Assembly (NCBI RefSeq): GCF_018336915.1
Contig: NZ_CP064923.1
Span: forward strand, 150,001-182,000
Direction: 5' to 3'
DNA: 32,000 nucleotides
Source: Acaryochloris marina S15
GTDB taxonomy: Bacteria; Cyanobacteriota; Cyanobacteriia; Thermosynechococcales; Thermosynechococcaceae
Shown here: in pieces, positions 1 to 8,137 of the stretch
How the letters are laid out: each line of letters opens with the position of its first letter
Position numbering within the stretch: the first letter of the stretch is position 1
Notes under the pieces: generated by a model
Told to the model about the DNA's origin: nothing
What the model saw: the letters and a program-made list of their open reading frames with translations, nothing else
The model's database searches: none
Program-made: the position numbers and the translations under genes

Positions 1-215
1 CCCGTAATGATTACGGCTAGAGAAAAAGCCGGGGAATTAATTCGAGTCATAGTCATCCAAGGAGGTTAAGAGATAGCAGATTTAAACCTTTTGAAAACGG
101 AAAAAGTTACCTTTAAGTCAACACTTGAAACCGAAAGAACACAGACATCTTCCTGCCAATCCCCCTGGAACTAAGATGTCCGCCCAAACTTGCCATTTTC
201 TGAGAGAGGATCTTT

Positions 216-743
216 ATGTCTACTGCTGTTGTGCAAACTTTTGGCCAGATATCTGATAACCCTGTGTTGATAGATAGGTCTGCCACCGAACCTATCTGCG
301 AAGGCATGAATACTGCCCTGGCTAGCTTTCAGGCGTTGTATTTGCAATATCAGAAGCATCATTTTGTCGTTGAAGGCGCAGAATTTTATCAGCTCCACAA
401 CTTTTTCCAAGAATGTGGAGATGCCACCAAAAGCCATGTCCATGATCTAGGCGAACGTCTCAATGGCTTGGGAGGTGTGCCAGTCGCTAGTTTTAGCAAG
501 CTGGCTGAGTTATGCTGCTTTGAACCTGAAGCAGACGGTATTTACAATAGTCGAACGATGCTTGAGCATGACCTAGTTGCCGAACAATCTGTCATTAAAT
601 TGCTCCGTAGCCAAGCTTCTCAGGCAGAGAGTTTGGGTGATCGGGGGACCCGCTATCTCTACGAGCAAATGCTGTTAGAGACAGAAGAGCGAGCTTACCA
701 TTTGGCACATTTCTTGGCCTCAGACACGCTGGTGGTGTCGTAA
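216..743 (+). CDS. dps: Dps / ferritin-like DNA-protection and iron-storage protein
   Basis: 175-aa ORF with an ATG start. It has Dps-type ferroxidase-region motifs ([19 protein letters not shown] and [12 protein letters not shown]) and the length is typical of the Dps family. Confidence 0.85.
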   Translation: MSTAVVQTFGQISDNPVLIDRSATEPICEGMNTALASFQALYLQYQKHHFVVEGAEFYQLHNFFQECGDATKSHVHDLGERLNGLGGVPVASFSKLAELCCFEPEADGIYNSRTMLEHDLVAEQSVIKLLRSQASQAESLGDRGTRYLYEQMLLETEERAYHLAHFLASDTLVVS

Positions 744-746
744 CGC

Positions 747-1151
747 TCATGGTTTCTTCGTGGCGGCAATGGCCAGTTTCGCGCCTTCAATATCTCGGAT
801 GCGATCCATCACCGTCACGACGCGGCCATGGCCTACTTGCTCATCGGCATGGATCACCACGACAACCTTTTCAGTGGTGTCCGTTAAGTCTTTGACTTCT
901 GCCTCCAAAGCATTGAGCTGAATCGGTTCTCGATTGAGGGCCAAATCTCCCTTGGCGTTAATCGTCACCGTCACCTTCGTTGAGAGCTGCGGTTTTACCG
1001 TCTTTGCCTGGGGCAAGTTGACCGGCAGGGCATCGCTGCGATTTAGAAATAGGGTGGCAATGATGAAAAAAGACAAGATTGCAAAGATGACATCAATCAT
1101 CGGCACAATATTGATTTGAGCCGGTGGATTTGGATCATCGGGTAAGCGCAT
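747..1151 (-). CDS. exbD: ExbD/TolR biopolymer transport protein
   Basis: 134 aa. The N-terminus INIVPMIDVIFAILSFFII is the typical ExbD/TolR anchor, followed by a periplasmic domain. The gene overlaps the exbB stop by 17 nt (1135-1151). Confidence 0.85.
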   Translation of the reverse strand: MRLPDDPNPPAQINIVPMIDVIFAILSFFIIATLFLNRSDALPVNLPQAKTVKPQLSTKVTVTINAKGDLALNREPIQLNALEAEVKDLTDTTEKVVVVIHADEQVGHGRVVTVMDRIRDIEGAKLAIAATKKP

Positions 1152-1788
1152 GGGTTACCCCTCCTCGTTCATAGCGATGGCGATAGAGCAACTCCAACTG
1201 GCCTCCATACTCTTGAATAAAAGCCAACTGGCGCTGATATAAACTGCGAAACGCATTGGCAAAAATGAGGGTTGAGATCGCCACAATTAATCCTGCAGCT
1301 GTTGAGATTAAAGCCGTACTAATTCCCCCCGTCACTCCTGCAGTTTCACTACCCCCGATATTGCCCATATCTAGGGATGAGAAGGAGTTGATTAATCCCA
1401 ACACCGTTCCTAATAGTCCGAGCAACGGTGAAATACTGATAATCGTGTCGAAAACCGTCGTAAATCGCTTCAACGTCGGTAACTCAGCTTGCGCCTCACT
1501 TTCCAGTGCTAGTCGAAATTCTTCTGGCGTGGGATCTTCTAAGGACAGAGCTGCCAAAAAGATGCGAGCAATCGGGAACTTTGCCTGCTCTTGCAAATAC
1601 CCCAATGCATCGTAAATATTGTCCTGACGATAGAGTCTCAGAGCCTGTTTGACAATCCGTACTTGGTTGCGATTTAGCCTCGTCCAGAAGATGAGGCGCT
1701 CGATGATCAGGGCAATCGCAATTAACGAAAATACCATGAGAGGGAGCATCACCACTCCCCCCGCAGTTATCACTTGACCAAACTGCAT
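1135..1788 (-). CDS. exbB: ExbB/MotA/TolQ proton-channel protein
   Basis: 217 aa with three hydrophobic segments. The ERLIFW motif follows TM1 and the C-terminal region GLLGTVLGLINSF...TALISTAAGLIVAI is typical of the MotA/TolQ/ExbB family. It lies directly upstream of exbD. Confidence 0.85.
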   Translation of the reverse strand: MQFGQVITAGGVVMLPLMVFSLIAIALIIERLIFWTRLNRNQVRIVKQALRLYRQDNIYDALGYLQEQAKFPIARIFLAALSLEDPTPEEFRLALESEAQAELPTLKRFTTVFDTIISISPLLGLLGTVLGLINSFSSLDMGNIGGSETAGVTGGISTALISTAAGLIVAISTLIFANAFRSLYQRQLAFIQEYGGQLELLYRHRYERGGVTHALTR

Positions 1789-1993
1789 TTATTTATACCG
1801 TTCCACACACTACTGCGATAGAGAAGACCGATTGCTCTGACCGAAACCGCAGCAAACTGCACTGGCACTGAAAACATCAAACCGCGAATGTACATCAATA
1901 GAGGCACTGCTACAGCAATCACCCTTGCTGGGCTTTGAGTCATCTAAATGATGTTGATGTTTCGGCACAATCGGCCATAGATGAGACTGTAGA

Positions 1994-2012
1994 GTTAATG
2001 ATATCTATTGTC
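1994..2012. promoter_or_regulatory. Fur-box-like operator candidate (exbB / tonB-like divergent region)
   Basis: GTTAATGATATCTATTGTC matches the E. coli Fur consensus GATAATGATAATCATTATC at 14 of 19 positions (counted by hand). It sits in the AT-rich divergent intergenic region. Confidence 0.45.
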
Positions 2013-2052
2013 AAGTAATAATGGATGTACTGTCGAAATATGAAAATTTCTC

Positions 2053-2071
2053 GATGATAAAAATCAAGATA
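2053..2071. promoter_or_regulatory. Second Fur-box-like operator candidate
   Basis: GATGATAAAAATCAAGATA matches the Fur consensus at 13 of 19 positions (hand count). It lies about 40 bp from the first candidate. Confidence 0.4.
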
Positions 2072-2210
2072 TAAATTTGCAAAAAGCTTTGTATGAAAAG
2101 ATTGTAGAAGATTCTGTGAATGTCCCCTCACTCCCAGGATGTTCACAGGTAACTTTCATTTATTGAAAATATTGTGTATCGTTTAAAACAATCTATTCTC
2201 AGTTATCTAA

Positions 2211-3824
2211 ATGAGTCTCAATCCGCTCTCTAGCACTAACAGAGAGAGCGAAGAGCGCTTAGTACGAACCATTCTGGCATTTACCCTGCCAGGATCCTTG
2301 GTATTGCACTCTTTGTTCTTCGGAATTAGTGTCGGTTTACCTTCCTCTGACGAGATTGATCTAGCTGAGGAAGATGCAATTGAAATTGCAGTCGTAGATG
2401 CTCTAGAAGAAGAAATTGAAGAAGAAGATCCAATTCTGGAGGAACTCGAAGAACCAGAATCGTTAGAAGAGTTGGAAGACCCAGATGCTGCAGAGTTAGT
2501 CGCAGATCTGCCGGAACCCATGGCCTTGAATTCAGTGCCTGAGCCGCCCATTCCGCAGCCAGAAGAACTCCCAGAGCCTCTGGAAGAACCAGAAACGTCT
2601 GAAGAAACTGAGCCATCTGAAACGCCGCCAACTGAAGAACCTGAAACGAGTAAAACAACAGAGGAATCACCTGCGACTGCCGAAACAACTGAGCAGTCCG
2701 AGCCAACGTCCTCTAGTTCAGAAGAAGAGGCTCCATCCCCTGTAAAGACCGGGCAAGATAAACCAACTGAGCCTAGCTCATCAACGCAGAAAACAGCGGC
2801 AAAGTCGACCTCTAAAAAATCAGGAACTTCGACAGGCAAGACATCTAAGGGTAAACCTTCTCGATCTAAGCCCAAACGAGGAAAAGCAAAGCCGTCTAAG
2901 GGACCGAAAAAAACAGCGGCGAATACTCAACAGAAAGCTCCTATCAAGCCCAAAAAAGCTAAGAAAAAAGGGCGTTCAAAAAAACTAGGCATTGGTTACA
3001 AAAAGGATGCGAAGTCAAAAACGACTGCGGGCTTGGCTGAACGGTTTATCCCAGTGTATGAAGACGGAAAGCTGGTTGATTTGAAGCTAGAGCGCTCGAC
3101 CGGAGATCCGGCTCTAGATAAAGCCATTCATAAGGATAAGAAGAAATTCTTCAAACAGGTAAAGAAGCAGCTGAAGTCTGTGCCTGAAGGGAGACGGAGT
3201 AAACCAATTAAAATTCGGTTTGAATCGAATGATTTGACGGCAAAAGAGCGAGAACAAGCTCGTAGAAATCGAGCTTTATCCCAGCAGCGAGCTCAGGAAC
3301 GGGCAGCAGCGAAGGCTCGCCGAGCGAGGCAGCAAGCTCCAGTTCCGGCAACAGCGCCAGCTCCAGTGTCGGCTCCGGCCCCTGTTAGACAAACAGATAC
3401 GCCGGTAACTGCCCCGAGTGCTCCGGCTCCAGCAGCAGTTTCAGCTCCAGCTCCGACTCCAGCTCCAGCATCAGTTTCAGCCCCGATTCCAGCAGCAGTT
3501 TCAGCTCCAGCTCCGACTCCAGCTCCAGCATCAGTTTCAGCCCCGATTCCAGCAGCAGTTTCAGCTCCAGCTCCAGCATCAGTTTCAGCCCCGATTCCAG
3601 CAGCAGTTTCAGCCCCGCCACCCGCTCCGGCCCCAGTTTCAGCTCCGGCTCCAGTGGCTCCGGCCCCGGTTTATGTACCGCCACCTGCTCCAGCTCCAGC
3701 CCCGGCTTACGTACCGCCACCTGCTCCAGCTCCGGCCCCGGCTTACGTACCGCCACCCGCTCCAGCTTACGTACCGCCGCCCGCTCCAGCCCCGGCTCCG
3801 GCTGCTCCGCCTACTTTAGAGTAA
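2211..3824 (+). CDS. TonB-like energy-transducer protein, atypical, with a C-terminal Pro/Ala repeat tail
   Basis: 537 aa. The N-terminal TM helix carries an S-x3-H motif (GSLVLHSLFF). An acidic Glu/Pro-rich tract is followed by a Lys/Pro-rich tract, as in the TonB rod. A short region resembles the TonB C-terminal domain (DGKLVDLKLERSTGDPALDKAI...KPIKIRF). The gene is divergent from exbBD and upstream of an Fe-chelate ABC importer. Confidence 0.7.
   Translation: MSLNPLSSTNRESEERLVRTILAFTLPGSLVLHSLFFGISVGLPSSDEIDLAEEDAIEIAVVDALEEEIEEEDPILEELEEPESLEELEDPDAAELVADLPEPMALNSVPEPPIPQPEELPEPLEEPETSEETEPSETPPTEEPETSKTTEESPATAETTEQSEPTSSSSEEEAPSPVKTGQDKPTEPSSSTQKTAAKSTSKKSGTSTGKTSKGKPSRSKPKRGKAKPSKGPKKTAANTQQKAPIKPKKAKKKGRSKKLGIGYKKDAKSKTTAGLAERFIPVYEDGKLVDLKLERSTGDPALDKAIHKDKKKFFKQVKKQLKSVPEGRRSKPIKIRFESNDLTAKEREQARRNRALSQQRAQERAAAKARRARQQAPVPATAPAPVSAPAPVRQTDTPVTAPSAPAPAAVSAPAPTPAPASVSAPIPAAVSAPAPTPAPASVSAPIPAAVSAPAPASVSAPIPAAVSAPPPAPAPVSAPAPVAPAPVYVPPPAPAPAPAYVPPPAPAPAPAYVPPPAPAYVPPPAPAPAPAAPPTLE
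3431..3620 (+). repeat. In-frame 60-bp tandem repeat inside the tonB-like gene (unit encodes PAAVSAPAPTPAPASVSAPI)
   Basis: 3431-3490 and 3491-3550 are identical. The third copy (3551-3598) lacks 12 bp. A fourth, partial copy follows. Confidence 0.95.
3672..3803 (+). repeat. In-frame 36-bp tandem repeat (unit encodes YVPPPAPAPAPA)
   Basis: Units start at 3672, 3708, 3744 (24-bp short copy) and 3768, and are near-identical. Confidence 0.9.
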
Positions 3825-3870
3825 GGGGAAACCTTATGTTCAACTCACCCTTAACCCTTTAGCGTCTTAG

Positions 3871-4866
3871 GTGGAATCAAAAGCTGTGCAACGTGCTTCA
3901 ATGATCGGCATCTTAGGTGCTGGACTCGTCATTACAATTTTGCTGTCCTTAGCACAGGGCTCTGTGGCTATGAGTCTGCAAGAAGTCTGGCAAGCTCTTT
4001 GGCATCAAGGGCCTGAACTGAATCAGACGATTTTATGGGACCTGAGACTACCCCGGATTGCTGCCGCACTTTTTGTTGGATCTGCCTTGGGTATGTCGGG
4101 AGCCTTATTGCAAGGAATGCTACGAAATGGTCTGGCCGATCCGTTTATTCTGGGAATTTCGGCAGGGGCTGGTTTGGTTGCGATCGCACTTCTGACACTG
4201 AATATCTTCCTGAGTTGGTTACCCGTAGCCGCCTGGGTGGGGGCCGTTCTCACATCGGCGTTGGTTTATCGTTTGGGCCATACCGCCAACGGTATTGCAG
4301 TGGAACGTCTAATTTTAGGTGGAGTAGCCGTTAGCTCTTTATTGGGAGCAGTTCAGACCACCTTACTATTGCTGTCCGATGATGGCCGTATCCAAGCGGC
4401 CCTCAATTGGCTGATTGGCAGTTTGAATGGACGGGGCTGGACAGAAGTTATCAATGCGGGGCCCTATATTACCGCTGCGCTGATTGCGGGCTGCTTGTTG
4501 TCTCGCAATATCAACATCCTCAATTTGGGAGACGATCTAGCGGTGGGGCTGGGGGTATCCCTGACGCGATCGCGCCTCTTAATCGGGGGAGTCGCCACCC
4601 TTTTAGCTGCCAGCGCCGTCAGCATGGCAGGCTTAATTGGCTTTGTTGGCCTAGTGGTGCCCCACGGTGTTCGCCTCTTAGTGGGCACGGACTATCGTTG
4701 GGTGGTGCCCTTGTCTGCTCTAGGTGGAGCCTGGGTCTTGATCTTGGCCGATCTACTAGCTCGGTTGGGATCTGTTGAACTGCCGGTTGGTGCTGTCACT
4801 GCCCTCTTAGGATCTCCGCTATTTATTTGGCTACTGTATCGTCGCGTGTCTCCATTAGGGGTATGA
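3871..4866 (+). CDS. FecCD-family iron-chelate (siderophore/haem/B12-type) ABC transporter permease
   Basis: 331 aa and highly hydrophobic. FecCD/BtuC-type signatures are present (WDLRLPRIAAALFVGSALGMSGALLQ and GLIGFVGLVVPH). The start is GTG 3871, with an alternative ATG at 3901. Confidence 0.9.
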   Translation: MESKAVQRASMIGILGAGLVITILLSLAQGSVAMSLQEVWQALWHQGPELNQTILWDLRLPRIAAALFVGSALGMSGALLQGMLRNGLADPFILGISAGAGLVAIALLTLNIFLSWLPVAAWVGAVLTSALVYRLGHTANGIAVERLILGGVAVSSLLGAVQTTLLLLSDDGRIQAALNWLIGSLNGRGWTEVINAGPYITAALIAGCLLSRNINILNLGDDLAVGLGVSLTRSRLLIGGVATLLAASAVSMAGLIGFVGLVVPHGVRLLVGTDYRWVVPLSALGGAWVLILADLLARLGSVELPVGAVTALLGSPLFIWLLYRRVSPLGV

Positions 4867-5699
4867 CTATGCTCCTAGACCTCCAGCAGATTAGTGGTGG
4901 CTATGACCAAACCAGCATTGTTAAAGAGGTTGCTTTTACCCTGCAGGAGGGAGAGTGGCTAAGTTTACTGGGAGCCAATGGCTCAGGTAAATCGACCTTA
5001 TTAAAACTCATCAGTCGGATGTTGCCCTTACAAGCGGGCACGATTCTCCTGGATGGCAAAGCGATTCACCACCAATCGACCCAGGCCGTTGCCCAACAAA
5101 TGGCGGTGTTGCCCCAGCACCAAACTCTACCGACGGGCATTACGGTTCACCAACTGGTTTGCTTAGGCCGGACACCTTATCAGTCTTGGTGGCAATGGTC
5201 TCTGACACCAGCGGATCACCAGCATATTAAGCGGGCTCTGGCCCAGACGGGGATGCTGCCATTTCGTAATCGGCCTTTGGAACATTTGTCAGGGGGTGAA
5301 CGCCAGCGGGCATTTTTAGCCCTGGCCTTGGCCCAAAACCCTAAAGTTTTGCTGTTAGATGAGCCCACCACGTTTTTAGATTTGCACCATCAGTTAGAAC
5401 TGCTGGAACTACTAAAATCCCTAAATCGAGACCGGGGCCTGACCATTCTGACGGTTCTCCATGATGTCAATCTCGCAGTTCGCTATAGTGCTCGCTTAGC
5501 GCTTCTCAAGCAGGGACAACTGTTTGATTTAGGGCCTCCCCAACAAGTGCTCACCCCCCATAATCTGGCTCATGTCTTTGGCATCACCGCTGCCTTGATT
5601 GATAGTCCCGTGGGCCTGCAAATCTGTGCCATTGCTGCCAGCACTGACACCCCCGATCCTCCTATTCCTTCAACCGTTTCTGCCCATGATCTTGCTTAA
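4863..5699 (+). CDS. ABC transporter ATP-binding protein (FecE/FhuC type)
   Basis: Walker A GANGSGKST, ABC signature LSGGERQR and Walker B LLLDEPT are all present. I prefer ATG 4863 because it forms an ATGA overlap with the permease stop. The ORF track's TTG 4827 is less likely. Confidence 0.9.
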   Translation: MTMLLDLQQISGGYDQTSIVKEVAFTLQEGEWLSLLGANGSGKSTLLKLISRMLPLQAGTILLDGKAIHHQSTQAVAQQMAVLPQHQTLPTGITVHQLVCLGRTPYQSWWQWSLTPADHQHIKRALAQTGMLPFRNRPLEHLSGGERQRAFLALALAQNPKVLLLDEPTTFLDLHHQLELLELLKSLNRDRGLTILTVLHDVNLAVRYSARLALLKQGQLFDLGPPQQVLTPHNLAHVFGITAALIDSPVGLQICAIAASTDTPDPPIPSTVSAHDLA

Positions 5700-6570
5700 C
5701 CGCTCTCGGCTGCTGATTGCAGCGCTGCTTCTGAGCAGTCAACTGTTTGCCTGTTCCAACCCACCCCCATCGTCCACGAGTGAGACGCCAGTTACAGACG
5801 CTACTCCAACGGATGAGCCTGTGAAGGTGGTGGCCTTAACCTCCCTGACTGCTGATATCATTCATCATCTGGATTCGTCTAAACTGGTGGGCATTCCTGG
5901 GAGTCGATTAATCAGTCAGGATCCGCGATTTCAAGAGCTGCCCCAAGTAAGTCAAGGACGCACGCAGCCTGATTTAGAAAAAGTCGTCGCCCTCAAGCCA
6001 ACCTTGGTCATTGGTGCTCAAGGCTTTCATGATCAATCCCTCAGTAAAGTGAAGGATTTGGGGATTGCCACCCTGACGACAGAGGTCAAGGGCTGGCAGA
6101 ATTTAATTGATTTGACCCAAGAGATTGCAGAAAAAATTGGAGCGGATCCAGCCCCTTTATTGGCCCGCTATCAAAAATGCCTCAGTAAACTTCCGACTGA
6201 CTCGGCCTCAACGTTAGTTTTGGTCAGTCGACAGCCCATATTAGCTCCCAATAAAAATAGTTGGGCGGGTGATCTGCTCCAACAATTCAAGGCTCAAAAT
6301 TTAGCAGCAGATCTCCAAGGCCAAAGCCCGGTGGAAGGCTATGTAACCCTCTCTGCTGAAAAGGTGTTGGAGGCGGATCCAGACATTGTGCTAGTGGTAG
6401 ACCCGGAGCAAGATCCCGTGGTGGCTTTTGAATCAGAACCCTTTTGGAGCAAGCTCAAGGCGACTCAAAATAAGCGGGTTTATGCCTTTGATTATTACGG
6501 TCTTGTTAACCCAGGCAGTATTAGCAAAATTGAAGCGGCATGTACGCAACTGCAACAGGTTTTGCAATGA
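5686..6570 (+). CDS. Periplasmic iron-chelate-binding lipoprotein of the ABC importer (PBP type, FecB/FhuD/BtuF-like)
   Basis: From ATG 5686 the N-terminus MILLNRSRLLIAALLLSSQLFAC is a signal peptide with a lipobox-like Cys. VVALTSLTADIIHHL...LVGIPG is typical of cluster-A binding proteins. The gene overlaps the ATPase gene end by 14 nt. Confidence 0.8.
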   Translation: MILLNRSRLLIAALLLSSQLFACSNPPPSSTSETPVTDATPTDEPVKVVALTSLTADIIHHLDSSKLVGIPGSRLISQDPRFQELPQVSQGRTQPDLEKVVALKPTLVIGAQGFHDQSLSKVKDLGIATLTTEVKGWQNLIDLTQEIAEKIGADPAPLLARYQKCLSKLPTDSASTLVLVSRQPILAPNKNSWAGDLLQQFKAQNLAADLQGQSPVEGYVTLSAEKVLEADPDIVLVVDPEQDPVVAFESEPFWSKLKATQNKRVYAFDYYGLVNPGSISKIEAACTQLQQVLQ

Positions 6571-6691
6571 AGAAAAGCTGCAGTGCCTGTTTAGGGGCGT
6601 ATTGAGAGATGCGATCGCACCTCGATCTTGCCCACTATCTGTTCCATTAATGCCTCTATCCAAGGCCTGTTTTCATGGAAACTTATTGCAG

Positions 6692-6710
6692 TTTATTGAT
6701 TTTATTTCTC
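6692..6710. promoter_or_regulatory. Weak Fur-box-like site / direct-repeat motif upstream of the imelysin-like gene
   Basis: TTTATTGATTTTATTTCTC matches the reverse Fur consensus at 12 of 19 positions (hand count). The core TTGATTTTATTTCTC recurs as TTGATTTAATTTCTT at 6794-6808. Confidence 0.3.
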
Positions 6711-6922
6711 AATAAATGATATGGTATCGATCGAAATTTATAACCACCTAGGTCTTTCAAGATCAAACACTCTGGGGGATGTAACAGGTAAGTTTGATTT
6801 AATTTCTTCTTAGCTATCTTAAAAGAATTTCACTTATATATACTGAGCTGTTGCAAGTATATAGAGTTGTTTTGCCTATTTCCTGCAATCCAATTTGTAT
6901 TGTCGTACCCATTACAGAGCCC

Positions 6923-8137
6923 ATGATGATTTCTCCAAGACTGTCTAAAACATTGAGTTGTGTACTGCTTTGTGCCGTTACTTGTTCGACGGTTGCTGTC
7001 GCGAATGCTCACCACCACGCCACGACTCGCCGTCAGCAAATCGCCGTTAAAGATGTTGACCTTAAGCCTTATGTAGAGAACTATGCAGAGGTCGTCTATC
7101 GGAATTATCAAGACGCTCATACTCAGGCTGCCATGATGAAAGTGGCGATCACAGCCTTTTTGAATAATCCCAATGAAACCTCTCACAAAGCCGCTCAAGA
7201 CGCTTGGGTGCAAGCTCGCAAAAGCTATTTACAAACTGAGGCTTTTCGCTTCTATGAAGGCCCCATTGACTTCGTGGATGCCAAAACTGGAGAAGAAGGC
7301 CCCGAAGGCCGGATTAACGCTTGGCCTATGAACGAAGCTTTTATTGATTACGTCAAAGAAAAGCCTGATAGTGGCCTGATCAACAACCCCAAGTTTGAGA
7401 TTTCGATTGCCTCAATTTTGGAAAGTGATCAAGTGACCGATGAAGCAGATGTCAGTACAGGATGGCATGCCATCGAGTTCTTACTCTGGGGGCAAGACTT
7501 TAATAATGAGGGGCCAGGACAACGCAACTTTGAAGACTTTATCCCCAACCAAAACAACAATGATCGTCGCCGCCAATATTTAACCCTAGTGACTCAACAG
7601 TTGGTGAGTGATTTAACCTTCCTGGAAGCAGAATGGAAGCCCAATGCTGAGAATTATCGGGCTAAGTTTTTGCAGGGCGATCCCAAAGCTACCGTCGGCA
7701 AAATTTTCACGGCACTGGCCACCTTAAGCGCTTTTGAAATGGCTTCAGAACGGATGACGGTTGCTTTAGATAGTGGTAATCAAGAAGACGAACACTCTTG
7801 TTTTAGTGACACCACCCACCAAGACTTTGTCTTTAATGCTAAAGGCATTAGTAATGTCTATTTTGGTGATTACGCAGGGTATCAAGGCAAAGGATTTGAT
7901 GAGCTGCTTGCTCAAATGAATCCTGATCTGAACCAAAAAATAACCGCAGCTCTCACCACAACCCAAGAGTCCGCGTCTCAAATCGATCAGCCTTTTGATC
8001 AAGTTCTGGCATCAGCTCAAGGCAGCCCTCCAAGAGCTGAAGTTGAAGCAGTGGTTACTGCTTTAGAGAACCAGGGAGAAGCATTTAAGGAACTAGGGCC
8101 TGTACTCGGTACCTCTGTAGAAATATTGGCAGAATGA
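6923..8137 (+). CDS. Imelysin-like protein (peptidase M75 fold; IrpA-type iron-regulated protein)
   Basis: From ATG 6923 there is a signal peptide, MMISPRLSKTLSCVLLCAVTCSTVAVANA. The imelysin HxxE motif lies in GWHAIEFLLWGQD (codons at 7467-7478). The track's TTG 6851 start is probably too far upstream. Confidence 0.8.
   Translation: MMISPRLSKTLSCVLLCAVTCSTVAVANAHHHATTRRQQIAVKDVDLKPYVENYAEVVYRNYQDAHTQAAMMKVAITAFLNNPNETSHKAAQDAWVQARKSYLQTEAFRFYEGPIDFVDAKTGEEGPEGRINAWPMNEAFIDYVKEKPDSGLINNPKFEISIASILESDQVTDEADVSTGWHAIEFLLWGQDFNNEGPGQRNFEDFIPNQNNNDRRRQYLTLVTQQLVSDLTFLEAEWKPNAENYRAKFLQGDPKATVGKIFTALATLSAFEMASERMTVALDSGNQEDEHSCFSDTTHQDFVFNAKGISNVYFGDYAGYQGKGFDELLAQMNPDLNQKITAALTTTQESASQIDQPFDQVLASAQGSPPRAEVEAVVTALENQGEAFKELGPVLGTSVEILAE

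Noticed and set aside
1-69. Open frame reading ...PVMITAREKAGELIRVIVIQGG* that runs off the left edge
   Set aside because: Only 22 codons are visible and I recognise no family. I cannot tell whether it is a real gene end.
744-746. Very short convergent spacers (dps/exbD 3 bp; asparaginase/glmM 8 bp at 23568-23575; HMA/DUF938 5 bp at 29442-29446) as possible overlapping-terminator or antisense arrangements
   Set aside because: No hairpins can fit in the spacers, and such tight convergent pairs are common in compact bacterial genomes. Without transcript data nothing specific can be claimed.
2207-2875. 222-aa Ser/Gly-rich ORF (and the 126-aa ORF at 2326-2706) on the minus strand, antisense to the tonB-like gene
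   Set aside because: The low-complexity composition mirrors the Glu/Pro/Thr-rich sense strand. There are no motifs. The sense ORF has the TonB-like architecture and operon context.
3431-3620. Regular tandem repeats that could superficially suggest a CRISPR array
   Set aside because: The units are directly adjacent with no unique spacers. They are in frame within a long CDS, and no cas genes are nearby.
3385-3819. Alternative-frame ORFs (123 aa on the minus strand, 133 aa on the plus strand) across the Pro/Ala repeat region
   Set aside because: These are artefacts of a stop-free GC-rich tandem repeat. They produce Leu/Gln/Lys repeats with no start context and lie wholly inside the longer tonB-like frame.
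3825-3870. Possible cobalamin or other riboswitch ahead of the BtuC/FecCD-type importer
   Set aside because: Only 46 bp separate the tonB-like stop from the permease start, which is too short for a riboswitch aptamer.
4827-4862. TTG 4827 start for the ABC ATPase, and the 5599 start for the binding protein, as given in the ORF track
   Set aside because: Both extensions lie inside the preceding genes. ATG 4863 (ATGA overlap) and ATG 5686 (which gives a clean lipoprotein signal peptide) are much more plausible.
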